IMG/VR virus record: IMGVR_UViG_3300050154_000158
DNA: 59,347 nucleotides
Reading direction: 5' to 3' (one strand)
From: a virus
Numbering within the stretch: position 1 is the stretch's first letter; the number at the start of each line of letters is the position of its first letter. The position numbers and the translations under genes are program-made. The notes beneath the pieces were generated by a model. The model did not search any database, had not been told where the DNA came from, and saw nothing but the letters and a program-made list of their open reading frames with translations. This document shows, piece after piece, positions 16,859-25,661 of the stretch.

Positions 16859-16887
16859 TTTACAAACTAACACATATCATGTTTAAT
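16859..16887 (+). promoter_or_regulatory. early-right promoter (pR analog) with overlapping operator
   Basis: TTTACA-N17-TTTAAT. The -10 is embedded in catGTTTAATTAAcgat (16878-16894). An inverted ATGTTTATCT motif lies at 16895-16904, and another TTAATTAA core at 16836-16843. Confidence 0.6.
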
Positions 16888-16916
16888 TAACGATAGATAA
16901 ACATAGGACGTATTAG

Positions 16917-17135
16917 ATGAACAAAATCGCCGAAAAACGAATCTCATTAAATCTATCTCAAGTGAAGTTCGCAGCTCACTGCGGCTGGAGGCAGTCTCGC
17001 TTAACAAACTATGAGCAAGGCAGAACACCATCCCTTCAAGACTGCCGATTAATCGTGTCAGTGCTGAACAAGCTTGGGTGCAAGTGCTCTCTTGATGATG
17101 TATTTCCACCATCAAATCAGCAACGCGCAGCATAA
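16917..17135 (+). CDS. cro: Cro-like HTH regulator (72 aa)
   Basis: XRE-type HTH (LSQVKFAAHCGWRQSRLTNYEQG), divergent from the repressor gene. Confidence 0.75.
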   Translation: MNKIAEKRISLNLSQVKFAAHCGWRQSRLTNYEQGRTPSLQDCRLIVSVLNKLGCKCSLDDVFPPSNQQRAA

Positions 17136-17189
17136 CTAAAAACGCTTGTCCACGAACGGACAGGCAAACAACCACCAAGTGAGGTACAT

Positions 17190-17435
17190 ATGCAAAAAGC
17201 CGAACTGATCCGAGGGCCAAGCATTCGCACCAATAAGCATTTAATTGTGATACTCGAGTATTGCTGTTTCTCGATGAATAAATCGCCGAATGCCGGTACG
17301 CCAGAAATATTACGTCTTGGCATTAAGAAGTTTGCAGAAGAAAAACCCGAGGAGTTTGAGTTTGCAGTTAAGAAAGGTGCAAAACATCTTGGTTTGAGCG
17401 TTGAGACACTAAAGCAATTGGCTTTTATGGAATAA
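17190..17435 (+). CDS. hypothetical protein (81 aa), cII-position gene
   Basis: ORF with a GAGG RBS, directly after cro and a 7-bp hairpin at about 17150-17169. Confidence 0.5.
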   Translation: MQKAELIRGPSIRTNKHLIVILEYCCFSMNKSPNAGTPEILRLGIKKFAEEKPEEFEFAVKKGAKHLGLSVETLKQLAFME

Positions 17436-17445
17436 GGGGTAGGGG

Positions 17446-17592
17446 ATGACTGGTTCATTAAAAAGCCTCATCGCAATTGATTGCTTTAAGACTAGTGCGG
17501 TGCAAATGGCGCATATGCCGCAAAAAGAATGCCCGGCAACCATAGCAGTGGTTCCGAGCAGCGAATCCCAAGAGGAATTAAATAAATGGTAG
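17446..17592 (+). CDS. hypothetical 48-aa protein
   Basis: aaGGGGtaGGGGATG RBS. Below the ORF-track cutoff. Confidence 0.4.
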   Translation: MTGSLKSLIAIDCFKTSAVQMAHMPQKECPATIAVVPSSESQEELNKW

Positions 17593-17765
17593 CAGTCGGA
17601 GATGTGATCGGCAAGTTCAGTTCGCTAAAAGCAGCTGAACAAGAGGCGGCTCGACTTGGTTATACAAAGACCAGAGCGGGCTGGATGGGTACAACGTCTG
17701 GCGCACAGATCATCTATCTGCCAGCAACTAATCGTTACCAAGTGCAGAAGGTGGTGCCAGCATGA
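17586..17765 (+). CDS. hypothetical 59-aa protein
   Basis: Overlaps the neighbours at both ends (7 nt with 17446..17592; ATGA with 17762). Below the cutoff. Confidence 0.4.
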   Translation: MVAVGDVIGKFSSLKAAEQEAARLGYTKTRAGWMGTTSGAQIIYLPATNRYQVQKVVPA

Positions 17766-18568
17766 ATATCATTCCGTTTAACTTTGATGCAAAGCAGATC
17801 CGTGTGGTCGAGATCAATGATGAGCCTTACTTCTTTGCTCGGGATTTGGCCTTAATGCTCGGTTATTCATCAACAAACGCAATGAATAAAATCATTGATG
17901 ATGAAGACAAAAAAATAGAAACATTCCTAGATGGAGCAACCTATAAAAAACAATCACTTATAACTGAATCTGGAATGTATCAGGCTATTTTCGGAAGCAC
18001 ACTGGAATCAGCTAAATCATTTAAGCGCTTCGTCACATCAGAAGTACTTCCATCAATCAGAAAAACTGGTGGATACATCCATTCAATTAGCAATGTTGAA
18101 CCAGCAAAATTGCAATGCGACCTGATGTTTCTAGAGACCGCCGCAAAAGTTCTTCGAGTATCAGAATCCGGAAAACTTGGAATGCTGCGGACGGTACAAA
18201 AACAACACAACATTCTGAATATGCTTCCAGCATATGCGGTAGACGCACCAAGCGATGCGGTTGATGGCAGTTCTCGCGTTACCTATTCACTGACGCATCT
18301 TTTGAAAACTCGTGGCATCTGCATGACTACGGCAGATTTCAATAAATTACTGCAAGCAAGGGGACTTATTGAGCAGTTAGAGCGCAAGAGCACCAAGAAG
18401 CCAGAACAACTCAAGAAGTTCTGGAGCATCACAAACAAAGGGCTTCTGTACGGCAAAAACGTAACCAGTGATGCCAATCAGCGTGAGACAGCTCCGCATT
18501 GGTTTGATTCTCGATTCAATCAGTTGCTATCCGATCTGAATATCAAGATCGCGGAGGTGGCAGCATGA
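17762..18568 (+). CDS. Bro-N domain protein (antirepressor-type)
   Basis: The N-terminus IIPFNFDAKQIRVVEINDEPYFFARDLALMLGY fits the Bro-N pattern. Confidence 0.7.
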   Translation: MNIIPFNFDAKQIRVVEINDEPYFFARDLALMLGYSSTNAMNKIIDDEDKKIETFLDGATYKKQSLITESGMYQAIFGSTLESAKSFKRFVTSEVLPSIRKTGGYIHSISNVEPAKLQCDLMFLETAAKVLRVSESGKLGMLRTVQKQHNILNMLPAYAVDAPSDAVDGSSRVTYSLTHLLKTRGICMTTADFNKLLQARGLIEQLERKSTKKPEQLKKFWSITNKGLLYGKNVTSDANQRETAPHWFDSRFNQLLSDLNIKIAEVAA

Positions 18569-18897
18569 GATATGTATCAAGAGAGGCGCAGATATTGGAT
18601 TTTGCGCAAGCATCTGCAAGCGTTATGCATTTAGAAAATATCGTCAAGGTTGTGAGAGATGAATACAGAAGCGCAGTTAGAGCCTATCTACGCGATGTAA
18701 ATGATTTATTGAATTTCAGTCGTAAAGACGTAATTGACGCACTTGATGACCCAGAATTTCAACTGGCTACTGGCAAGTTATACAGAGAGCTATTGGCTGC
18801 AAAAAAAGAACTTAAAAATGCCAAGAAACGCTTACAAACCAGATATCTAAGCCTTCCAGCAGGATTCAAAACTAGCCGCTTGCAGGAGGCTGTATGA
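18565..18897 (+). CDS. hypothetical protein (110 aa)
   Basis: ORF coupled at both ends by 4-nt overlaps. Confidence 0.55.
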   Translation: MRYVSREAQILDFAQASASVMHLENIVKVVRDEYRSAVRAYLRDVNDLLNFSRKDVIDALDDPEFQLATGKLYRELLAAKKELKNAKKRLQTRYLSLPAGFKTSRLQEAV

Positions 18898-19883
18898 ACA
18901 CAGCAGTCAACAACGTTATTCAATTCCGACCCAGCGAGGTCAGTAAAAGTATCGTGAGCAATAAAAAACGGGGTTTTACTCTTGTTTACAAGAGCCTTAA
19001 AGATGCGCCGTTTTATAAAAATCTTGAGCGTAAATCGTTGTGGCTGCACTTGCTGCTTCAGGCTGCCTACGAAGAATGCACGGATTCATTTAACGGCAAT
19101 GTAATCACCTTACAGCGAGGGCAGTTATTAGGGTCTGTGCAGGCATGGGCAAATGATTGCGGTGTCAGCTATGACTCAGCCAGACGCTCCATTGAGTATT
19201 TCGAATCTGAAGGCATGATCACCACTTGCACCAAGAAGGGAAAATCAGGTTTTACCGTTGTCACAATGGTTAATTTTGAGTCTTATCAGGACGCCAAAAA
19301 ACAGGAAAATTCTGCCGATTATAGCGCCAATTATGACGCCAATTATGACGCCGATTATAAACCCGCGCCGCACATGGGTTTGAGCGGTGTTGATGCCGAA
19401 TACAAAACCGAATTAAGCGCCGATTATCACGCCGAAGCTAGTAATAATATAAATAATTTAAAGATTATACAGGGGGCATCAGCTTGCGCTGAAACCCCAA
19501 TCACCGACCACCAAACTGAACAACAAAACCAAGAGCCAGATCTGGAATTTGCATCCACTGAAAAACCAAGAGCGACCAGAACATCAAAATACCAAAAGGT
19601 CGTAGATGCCTATCACCGGATAATTCCTGAAATGGCTCAAGTCACAGACTTGACTGCTGGCCGCAAAGAAAAAATTAAGAATTTCTTCTCGAAATACAAT
19701 TTAACGTTTGAAGACTGGGAAGGGTATTTGACCTACATCAGCCAGAACTGCCGCTGGATGATGGAAAGCCGACCTCGCAACTTCGGCTCTAACGACGAAA
19801 GCCGCTGGAAGAAAAAAAACTTCGATTTCCTGCTGACCGAAAGGTGCTACTTGGGAGTGAGAGAGGGCCGTTATGCTGAATAA
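18894..19883 (+). CDS. replication initiator/organiser (lambda O-like role)
   Basis: N-terminal winged-helix-like region, a central repeat linker that carries the iterons, and position immediately upstream of dnaB with overlap. Confidence 0.6.
   Translation: MNTAVNNVIQFRPSEVSKSIVSNKKRGFTLVYKSLKDAPFYKNLERKSLWLHLLLQAAYEECTDSFNGNVITLQRGQLLGSVQAWANDCGVSYDSARRSIEYFESEGMITTCTKKGKSGFTVVTMVNFESYQDAKKQENSADYSANYDANYDADYKPAPHMGLSGVDAEYKTELSADYHAEASNNINNLKIIQGASACAETPITDHQTEQQNQEPDLEFASTEKPRATRTSKYQKVVDAYHRIIPEMAQVTDLTAGRKEKIKNFFSKYNLTFEDWEGYLTYISQNCRWMMESRPRNFGSNDESRWKKKNFDFLLTERCYLGVREGRYAE
19314..19361. repeat. four tandem 12-bp iteron-like repeats GCC(G/A)ATTAT(A/G)(G/A/C)(C/A) inside the initiator gene
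   Basis: gccgattatagc gccaattatgac gccaattatgac gccgattataaa. A fifth copy (gccgattatcac) lies at 19419-19430, followed by an AT-rich stretch at 19438-19472. Confidence 0.6.
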
Positions 19884-21288
19884 CACACCAGTAAGCATCG
19901 ACTCGGCCGAGTTTGAATATGCCTTGGTTGGTTGCGCGGTTTTTGAATACAACCTCGCCTGCCAGTCAGCGCTGAACATCCTGACCAATGACATGATCCA
20001 GAACCAAGAAAGCCGAACAATCGTGAAGGCTATTCGCAGCCTTGAACAGAACGGCGATCCCGTTGATTTAACAACCGTCAGCGAAGAGTTGGATCGTGTT
20101 GGCGCAAATATTCCATTTCAACGTATCGCCGAACTATGCAAAACACACTTACGCCCGCACAACGCAATGGCGTATGCAATGCGCATTCGCAACGTATGGC
20201 AGCTTAATAGCGCCCTAGTTAAATTGGATGAGCTAAAACACTCAATCACTAGTGAGCGAGATATAAAACGCGCACTGGAGTTATTGCAGGGTATTGGTAA
20301 TGAAATAAAACTGGATTCTGGCATCAGAGAGCCCGTTCGGCTAGATAAGGCCGCCGATGAGTTATTGGCCCACTACATGGGCGTAATGGACGGGCAAATC
20401 ATTTCTGGCGAGCTAACAGGCGTGCAGGGGATTGATGATGCATTTGGTGTTATCAACCCGACTGATCTGGTCGTGCTATCGGCCAGACCAGGGCAGGGGA
20501 AAACGGAGCTTGCTTTGGCGATTCAAACTGAGTTTGCAGTGCGGAAGAATAAACCAACCCTGTTTATCTCGCTGGAAGTAGAAATCAGCCAGTTGGCGCA
20601 GCGCGTCATGACTGCTGAAGCAGGGATCAGCGGGGAGATTGTGTCTAGTTGCCAAGCTTTCGAGGAAGAAGCCTACACAGGGATGCTTGAAAATGCGCTG
20701 GGAAGACTAAAAAACAAGCCAATGTTTTTGCATGAAATGAGCTCACCCACCATGCAGCAAATAGCTGAGGTGTGTCGCCGATTTTGCACGAAACATGCAA
20801 ATGTTGGTCTTATAGCGATTGACTATCTTGGGTTGATAAATCACGGAAAGGCAGACCGAAACGATATATCAATCGGTAATACAACCCGCGCGCTAAAGGG
20901 TCTGGCTATGGAGCTTAAGACGCCAGTATTACTGCTTGTTCAACCAAGTCGTGAGCTGGAAAAGCGAGGTGGAAGACCAAAAATGTCCGATCTGCGCGAC
21001 TCTGGAGCTATCGAGCAGGACGCTGACAAGATTGTATTTATCCACCGAGATTGCACCGTTGATCCGAATACTCCATGGAAGAATATTGCAGAAATTATCA
21101 ATGTTAAGCGAAGACAAGGGCAACCAAAAGACGGCTATCTGGCATTCAATAATGGGCATTTTGTTGAATGCACCAGCGATGAAATGAACAGCGTTATGTT
21201 AATAAAAGGCAATCAAGCATCAAAAGCTAAAGCAGAAAGCGCAGTTGAATTTCAGCCAAAGGGATGGTCAAAAAATGGGGGCAGATAA
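19873..21288 (+). CDS. dnaB: DnaB-family replicative helicase
   Basis: Walker A in ARPGQGKTELALAI, IAIDYLGLI, and MSDLRDSGAIEQDADKIVFIHRD are typical DnaB C-terminal motifs. Confidence 0.85.
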   Translation: MLNNTPVSIDSAEFEYALVGCAVFEYNLACQSALNILTNDMIQNQESRTIVKAIRSLEQNGDPVDLTTVSEELDRVGANIPFQRIAELCKTHLRPHNAMAYAMRIRNVWQLNSALVKLDELKHSITSERDIKRALELLQGIGNEIKLDSGIREPVRLDKAADELLAHYMGVMDGQIISGELTGVQGIDDAFGVINPTDLVVLSARPGQGKTELALAIQTEFAVRKNKPTLFISLEVEISQLAQRVMTAEAGISGEIVSSCQAFEEEAYTGMLENALGRLKNKPMFLHEMSSPTMQQIAEVCRRFCTKHANVGLIAIDYLGLINHGKADRNDISIGNTTRALKGLAMELKTPVLLLVQPSRELEKRGGRPKMSDLRDSGAIEQDADKIVFIHRDCTVDPNTPWKNIAEIINVKRRQGQPKDGYLAFNNGHFVECTSDEMNSVMLIKGNQASKAKAESAVEFQPKGWSKNGGR

Positions 21289-21535
21289 AGCGTACGCAAA
21301 AGAGCTGGCAATTTGTTTTATCTATCAACTTCCAGTTGCGTGGATGGGTATGCCTCCAGACAAAGACATGATCTCAAGAACGATTGATCGGCAGCAGGAT
21401 GAGGTGAGAGAGGAATTTAGATCTCTGATTAATCAATACACCAGAGAGATAAAGCAGTCTCTTGAGAATCCATCATCAAGAGCCGCAGCACTTGAAGAGT
21501 TGACGGCAATGCAATCAAGACAATACAGATATTGA
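21275..21535 (+). CDS. hypothetical protein (86 aa)
   Basis: ORF overlapping the dnaB 3' end. Start chosen at the internal ATG. Confidence 0.45.
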   Translation: MGADKAYAKELAICFIYQLPVAWMGMPPDKDMISRTIDRQQDEVREEFRSLINQYTREIKQSLENPSSRAAALEELTAMQSRQYRY

Positions 21536-21552
21536 GCGCGAGGACTACTAGC

Positions 21553-21693
21553 ATGAACTTCTCAAAACTATCCAGCGACGATCTGCAAGACATACTGGCC
21601 GCCAAGGCCGTGTACGCAGCACAAATTGAAGCGGAGCTGTCGGTTCTGACTGACGAGATGGTGGAAATCGACATGGTGCTGAGTGATCGGTAG
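21553..21693 (+). CDS. hypothetical 46-aa protein
   Basis: Short ORF filling the gap. Weak RBS (gagga). Confidence 0.3.
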   Translation: MNFSKLSSDDLQDILAAKAVYAAQIEAELSVLTDEMVEIDMVLSDR

Positions 21694-21713
21694 TTGGTGC
21701 AGGAGAAGGCGGC

Positions 21714-22100
21714 ATGAGCAATCACACACCTGAGCCTTGGTATATTGCCAATTACGATGCAACGATGATTTATGGAGAAAAGCTCCCGCCTGAGGTAAGC
21801 AAGTGGATTTGCCAGACAAACACTACAACTTTTTCTGCGAGGAACCTTGCAGGAGAAAACGCCAGACGTATTGTTGCCAGCGTGAATGCCTGTGCACTCT
21901 TTGAGACCAAAGATCTTGAAGATGGGATCATAAATCGAACATTTGGTCAAAACCATACTTTTGATTACGAACGTCAGTTATTTGCCAGTCAGCGCGATGA
22001 GCTAAAGGCAATCATCGAAAAACAAAAGCAATTCGTACTTGAGTCATTTCCAGAAGCTTACGCTGAGTTTTGTCTGATATCGGAAGGCGGTGCCGTATGA
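21714..22100 (+). CDS. hypothetical protein (128 aa)
   Basis: ORF with the N-terminal HTPEPW motif common in small phage early proteins. Confidence 0.55.
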   Translation: MSNHTPEPWYIANYDATMIYGEKLPPEVSKWICQTNTTTFSARNLAGENARRIVASVNACALFETKDLEDGIINRTFGQNHTFDYERQLFASQRDELKAIIEKQKQFVLESFPEAYAEFCLISEGGAV

Positions 22101-22417
22101 CCGCCAGAATCGACATATCTCCAGTTGATGTAGAACGCCTTATTGCTCGGCAAGTAACAGGGAAGATGCTTGCTGTGAAATACCGGTGCAATGCCAAGAC
22201 TATTTGCCGGAAGCTGAAAGACACTGGCGATCAGAGAATTATCGAGGCGCTGAGAAAAAACTCTATTGGTCGTAAATTCAAAAAGAACCAATCCGGATGT
22301 CGCAAGGCCGCTGAAATGGTTCTGATGGGTGAGAAGATAGCGGTTATTGAGCTGGTAACTGGTTGCTCGACACAGACTATTTCAAGACTCAGGAGTGAGT
22401 TGGCGGAGTTGGTGTGA
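22097..22417 (+). CDS. hypothetical protein, possible HTH (106 aa)
   Basis: ATGA coupling with the upstream gene, followed by a terminator. Confidence 0.5.
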   Translation: MTARIDISPVDVERLIARQVTGKMLAVKYRCNAKTICRKLKDTGDQRIIEALRKNSIGRKFKKNQSGCRKAAEMVLMGEKIAVIELVTGCSTQTISRLRSELAELV

Positions 22418-22433
22418 GCCAGAAAAAGCAAAG

Positions 22434-22457
22434 CCCCACCAGGTGGGGTTTATTTTT
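22434..22457 (+). terminator. Rho-independent terminator
   Basis: CCCCAC-cag-GTGGGG followed by TTTATTTTT. Confidence 0.65.
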
Positions 22458-22485
22458 AAAAATAACAACCAAACATTATTTTTTA

Positions 22486-22577
22486 TTGACAGCGTGAGCG
22501 CTCACGTCTAATATTAACACATCAGGTAGCTGATGACGGCGCACCGCGTAACAGGTGCAGGAGATAAAAAATGAATA
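22486..22577 (+). promoter_or_regulatory. promoter-operator-leader unit, copy 1 of a 92-bp direct repeat
   Basis: TTGACA-N17-TAATAT with the palindrome cGTGAGCGCTCACg filling the spacer. Leader hairpins at 22520-22535 and 22541-22558 abut the GGAG RBS. Differs at 2 positions from 25819..25910. Confidence 0.75.
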
Positions 22578-23062
22578 ACTTACAATACTGGTTGGAACAT
22601 GTAGCTGATATGCCAGAGCGTGATAGTCGTGGCTGGTATGATATGGAAAGCGGCCTGCGGTATGATGCATCTGTAAAATACAATCCAGTAAAAACCACAG
22701 TTAATAAACTGAGCGCAAAAGCTCAGGCAGCGCGAGGTACCGCTAAATTCTTTGGTGGTAAAGCGCTGAAAGGCACAGCAAAGCAAAAAGAATGGGCTGA
22801 AAAAATCCGCGCTGAAAAATTATCTAGCATGACGGAAGATCAGGCGGAAATGGTTTGTGACCCTGCCGGAATTCTTACCAACTCAAAATTCTGGATTGAA
22901 AACCGCACAGCATTAGGAAAAGACATTGGTTTGTTCATTGAAGAGCAAAAAGCAGCGTTGAAACAATATCGCGCAGCAGCTGCAAAAGAAGATCGTGAAG
23001 CAATAAAAACACTGGCTGAACGATACAACTCGCTGACTGAGAAATGGGGTTTCGTTGAATGA
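22571..23062 (+). CDS. hypothetical protein (163 aa), first gene of the helicase/MTase operon
   Basis: ORF starts inside the repeated leader unit and is ATGA-coupled to the helicase gene. Confidence 0.6.
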   Translation: MNNLQYWLEHVADMPERDSRGWYDMESGLRYDASVKYNPVKTTVNKLSAKAQAARGTAKFFGGKALKGTAKQKEWAEKIRAEKLSSMTEDQAEMVCDPAGILTNSKFWIENRTALGKDIGLFIEEQKAALKQYRAAAAKEDREAIKTLAERYNSLTEKWGFVE

Positions 23063-24609
23063 AACTTTATGATTATCAGCAAAATATCTTTGACGAAGTC
23101 GTCAGCGCGCCAACCGATGATCTTGTTCAGTTAGATACCGGAGCAGGGAAAACCCCAATAGAAGCTGCACTGTGCAAGCATTATGAAAACGTAATTTTGA
23201 TTGCACACAGAAATATTCTGATAACTCAATGCAGCGAAAAGCTTGCAGCATTCAGTGTTTATCATTCCACACTTAGCTCTGAATATACCCGCCGCCGCTG
23301 TATGTTGTCCCACAAGCGGCATGGGCGGAACTATATCAAGAGAGCGGGCTGCTCCCGCTTCGTTGCCAGCATCGACACGCTTTATTCTCACCATAAGCGC
23401 GGAAATATCACGCTCGACACAAGCAAGGAGTGGTTGATCATCATTGATGAGGCGCATCATGTTATTGCTGATAATAAGTGGGGCGTACTAAAACATATAT
23501 TTCCCTATTCACGCGTTATTGGGTTCACTGCAACACCAAGCCGCATGGATGGTGAGCCGCTAGCGAAAACCAAAGGCGGTATGTTTGATCGTCTTGTTCA
23601 AGCAAAAGGATTGGAAAGCGATAGCATTAAAACTCTGATTACAACCTGCGTACTGAGTGGATTTAAGTTTTATACACCGCCGGTTGGAATAAGTAATAAT
23701 GATAAATCAGTGCTTAATATTTCTGATTCACCGGTAAATACTTACAAAACACTAATGATGGACAAACAGACCATTGTCATGTGTCCGTCAATTAAAAACG
23801 CAGAAGAATTAGCAGATGAATTTAAAGCTGAAAATATCTCTGCGGCATGCATAAGCTCTGCGATGTCTGCAACGGATGTTTCCAGAGTTATTGATTTTTT
23901 CGCAAATGGTAAAATAAAAGTCCTTTGCAATGTGGATATGGTCGGTGAGGGGTTTGATGTTCCGGCTGTTGAGGGGCTTATTCTCGCCAGAAAAACAAAG
24001 TCGTTTACTATGTATCGGCAGTGGATCGGTCGGGCTTTACGCCAAAGCGAAGGCAAGAGTTTCGCTATCATTGCTGATCTGTGTGGAAATTATGAGCACG
24101 GAATTCCAGACGATAACATTATTTGGGATTTGGAATCTCCACCGAAAACTCCAGATTCAATAAAAACATATCCATGCAAAAAATGCGGATTTTGGTATCC
24201 AATCAAGCAAAAAGAGTGTCCGGAGTGTGGTTATGAAAATAAACTATTAATAAGATCATCAGTTGGTGGTCATTATGTAAATATAAACAGATTGGATACC
24301 GGGCTTATTGAAAAAGCACGAAGAGAGCAGGATGCGGAATCTCGCGAAGAAAAATTGAGTAATGAAATAATCATTCCATATTCTGGATTTGATGGCTCTG
24401 GCGTGATTGGGCGAACAGCTGAAAAAATCAGAATTTCATTTGTAAATAAGCTGTATGAGAGTGGAATAAATATCAGAAAGATAAATTATTTTTTAATGAC
24501 AGAGAGAAATATTAATTTTTATATAAATAATTTCAAAGCAAAAGACGCAAAATCACTGTCAGCAGAAAAAGCAAATAAGGTATTTGAAAGATGGCAAAGA
24601 TCAAACTAA
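23059..24609 (+). CDS. SF2 (DEAH-box, ResIII-like) helicase with C-terminal zinc ribbon
   Basis: Motif I LDTGAGKTP, motif II IIIDEAHH, motif III TATP, and motif VI QWIGRALR. Also CKKCG...CPECG. The C-terminal tail is very AT-rich. Confidence 0.8.
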   Translation: MKLYDYQQNIFDEVVSAPTDDLVQLDTGAGKTPIEAALCKHYENVILIAHRNILITQCSEKLAAFSVYHSTLSSEYTRRRCMLSHKRHGRNYIKRAGCSRFVASIDTLYSHHKRGNITLDTSKEWLIIIDEAHHVIADNKWGVLKHIFPYSRVIGFTATPSRMDGEPLAKTKGGMFDRLVQAKGLESDSIKTLITTCVLSGFKFYTPPVGISNNDKSVLNISDSPVNTYKTLMMDKQTIVMCPSIKNAEELADEFKAENISAACISSAMSATDVSRVIDFFANGKIKVLCNVDMVGEGFDVPAVEGLILARKTKSFTMYRQWIGRALRQSEGKSFAIIADLCGNYEHGIPDDNIIWDLESPPKTPDSIKTYPCKKCGFWYPIKQKECPECGYENKLLIRSSVGGHYVNINRLDTGLIEKARREQDAESREEKLSNEIIIPYSGFDGSGVIGRTAEKIRISFVNKLYESGINIRKINYFLMTERNINFYINNFKAKDAKSLSAEKANKVFERWQRSN

Positions 24610-25214
24610 TTTGTGGGGACGCTAAAGTGCAGCGTATATCCTGCGATCTTATTGTTACCGATCCGCCGTTTGATATGCCAGGGGATCAGCTTGCTGAGAT
24701 TATAAAAAAACAGGATTGCGCTCATCTTCTTTTGATAGCGACAATGCGGCAGATCTTGGAGTTTGTTCCGCTAATGAATTGGAAGTTCGGTTTTGACTTC
24801 GTTCTTGATGCCATCACGCCGAAGAAATCAAAAAGTATTCATCAACCGAATTACACGCACCACAGCGGAATTTATCTCCACAAGGACGGCGAAAGGTCAC
24901 TATTCAACAGAAAAAGGCGACAGCGGTCTGATGTATTTGAAGGAAATGGATACTGGCCGACAATCTTTTATGCGCCGAAAGAGCGTGTTCAGCAGCATTC
25001 ACTGGCAAAAAATGCAGATGCAATTACTGACTTGATCGGAAGCTTTGATGTTTCATCTGTTGCAGATCTGTTTGCTGGGAGCGGAACCGTAGGTATGTCT
25101 GCATTTGAGCTTAATTTAGATTGCACGCTTGTGGAGCATGATAAAGAAAACTGCAAGAACATAGCAAATTATTTTAAATTCATGGGCGCTAACTTCAATA
25201 AAGAGGGGTTTTAA
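24591..25214 (+). CDS. small beta-class DNA methyltransferase (probably N6-adenine)
   Basis: The catalytic TDPPFD motif near the N-terminus precedes the AdoMet motif FAGSGTVG near the C-terminus. Overlaps the helicase gene by 19 nt. Confidence 0.75.
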   Translation: MAKIKLICGDAKVQRISCDLIVTDPPFDMPGDQLAEIIKKQDCAHLLLIATMRQILEFVPLMNWKFGFDFVLDAITPKKSKSIHQPNYTHHSGIYLHKDGERSLFNRKRRQRSDVFEGNGYWPTIFYAPKERVQQHSLAKNADAITDLIGSFDVSSVADLFAGSGTVGMSAFELNLDCTLVEHDKENCKNIANYFKFMGANFNKEGF

Positions 25215-25661
25215 ATGTATATACGATATGTTTCTTTAAATGATGGTTATGCGGAAAATTGCGAAAAAGAAGAGGTCGAGCCAATTGATCTCGGTAAAGT
25301 ATTTGAAAATGTTTTAATGCCTATATATTCGGGGAATGTCGGAGTTAAATTTAAGTATGAATATTCTGTTATTGGCGAAATGACAAAGAAAAAAGCAAGA
25401 ATATCACTATTAAAAAATGGAGACGAAATCGCTGTTGTCGCAATCTGCTTGCATAGCCGCCAAGCAAAGAAAACCTGGAATGACTTGATCTCATCTGCAC
25501 AAATTGAATTGCCTGATTTTGGTGATGAGCCGCCGCAGGCTCCATGGTGTGCAATGAGATATGACACTTACGAATCAGGGTTACCTGTGTGGCTTGATTA
25601 CTGGTGCAAATCAGTGGCCTGGTCGATGATAATTCACGCCGAGCACTTTACTGATGAATAA
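25215..25661 (+). CDS. hypothetical protein (148 aa)
   Basis: Starts on the base after the MTase stop. No recognisable motif. Confidence 0.55.
   Translation: MYIRYVSLNDGYAENCEKEEVEPIDLGKVFENVLMPIYSGNVGVKFKYEYSVIGEMTKKKARISLLKNGDEIAVVAICLHSRQAKKTWNDLISSAQIELPDFGDEPPQAPWCAMRYDTYESGLPVWLDYWCKSVAWSMIIHAEHFTDE

Noticed and set aside
16867-17458. Minus-strand ORFs 16867-17220 and 17117-17458
   Set aside because: They run antisense across the cI/cro promoter region and the cro-like gene. They have an implausible composition and no RBS. The plus-strand genes explain the region.
21429-21956. 175-aa minus-strand ORF (and 21568-21819)
   Set aside because: It is antisense to a run of coupled plus-strand genes in a uniformly rightward operon. 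Cys/Ser-rich composition and no RBS.
22492-22507. The operator core GTGAGCGCTCAC is identical to the centre of the ideal symmetric lac operator
   Set aside because: The resemblance is real at the sequence level. The flanking bases differ from lac operators, the host is unknown and I cannot test binding. I therefore do not claim LacI/GalR-family control.
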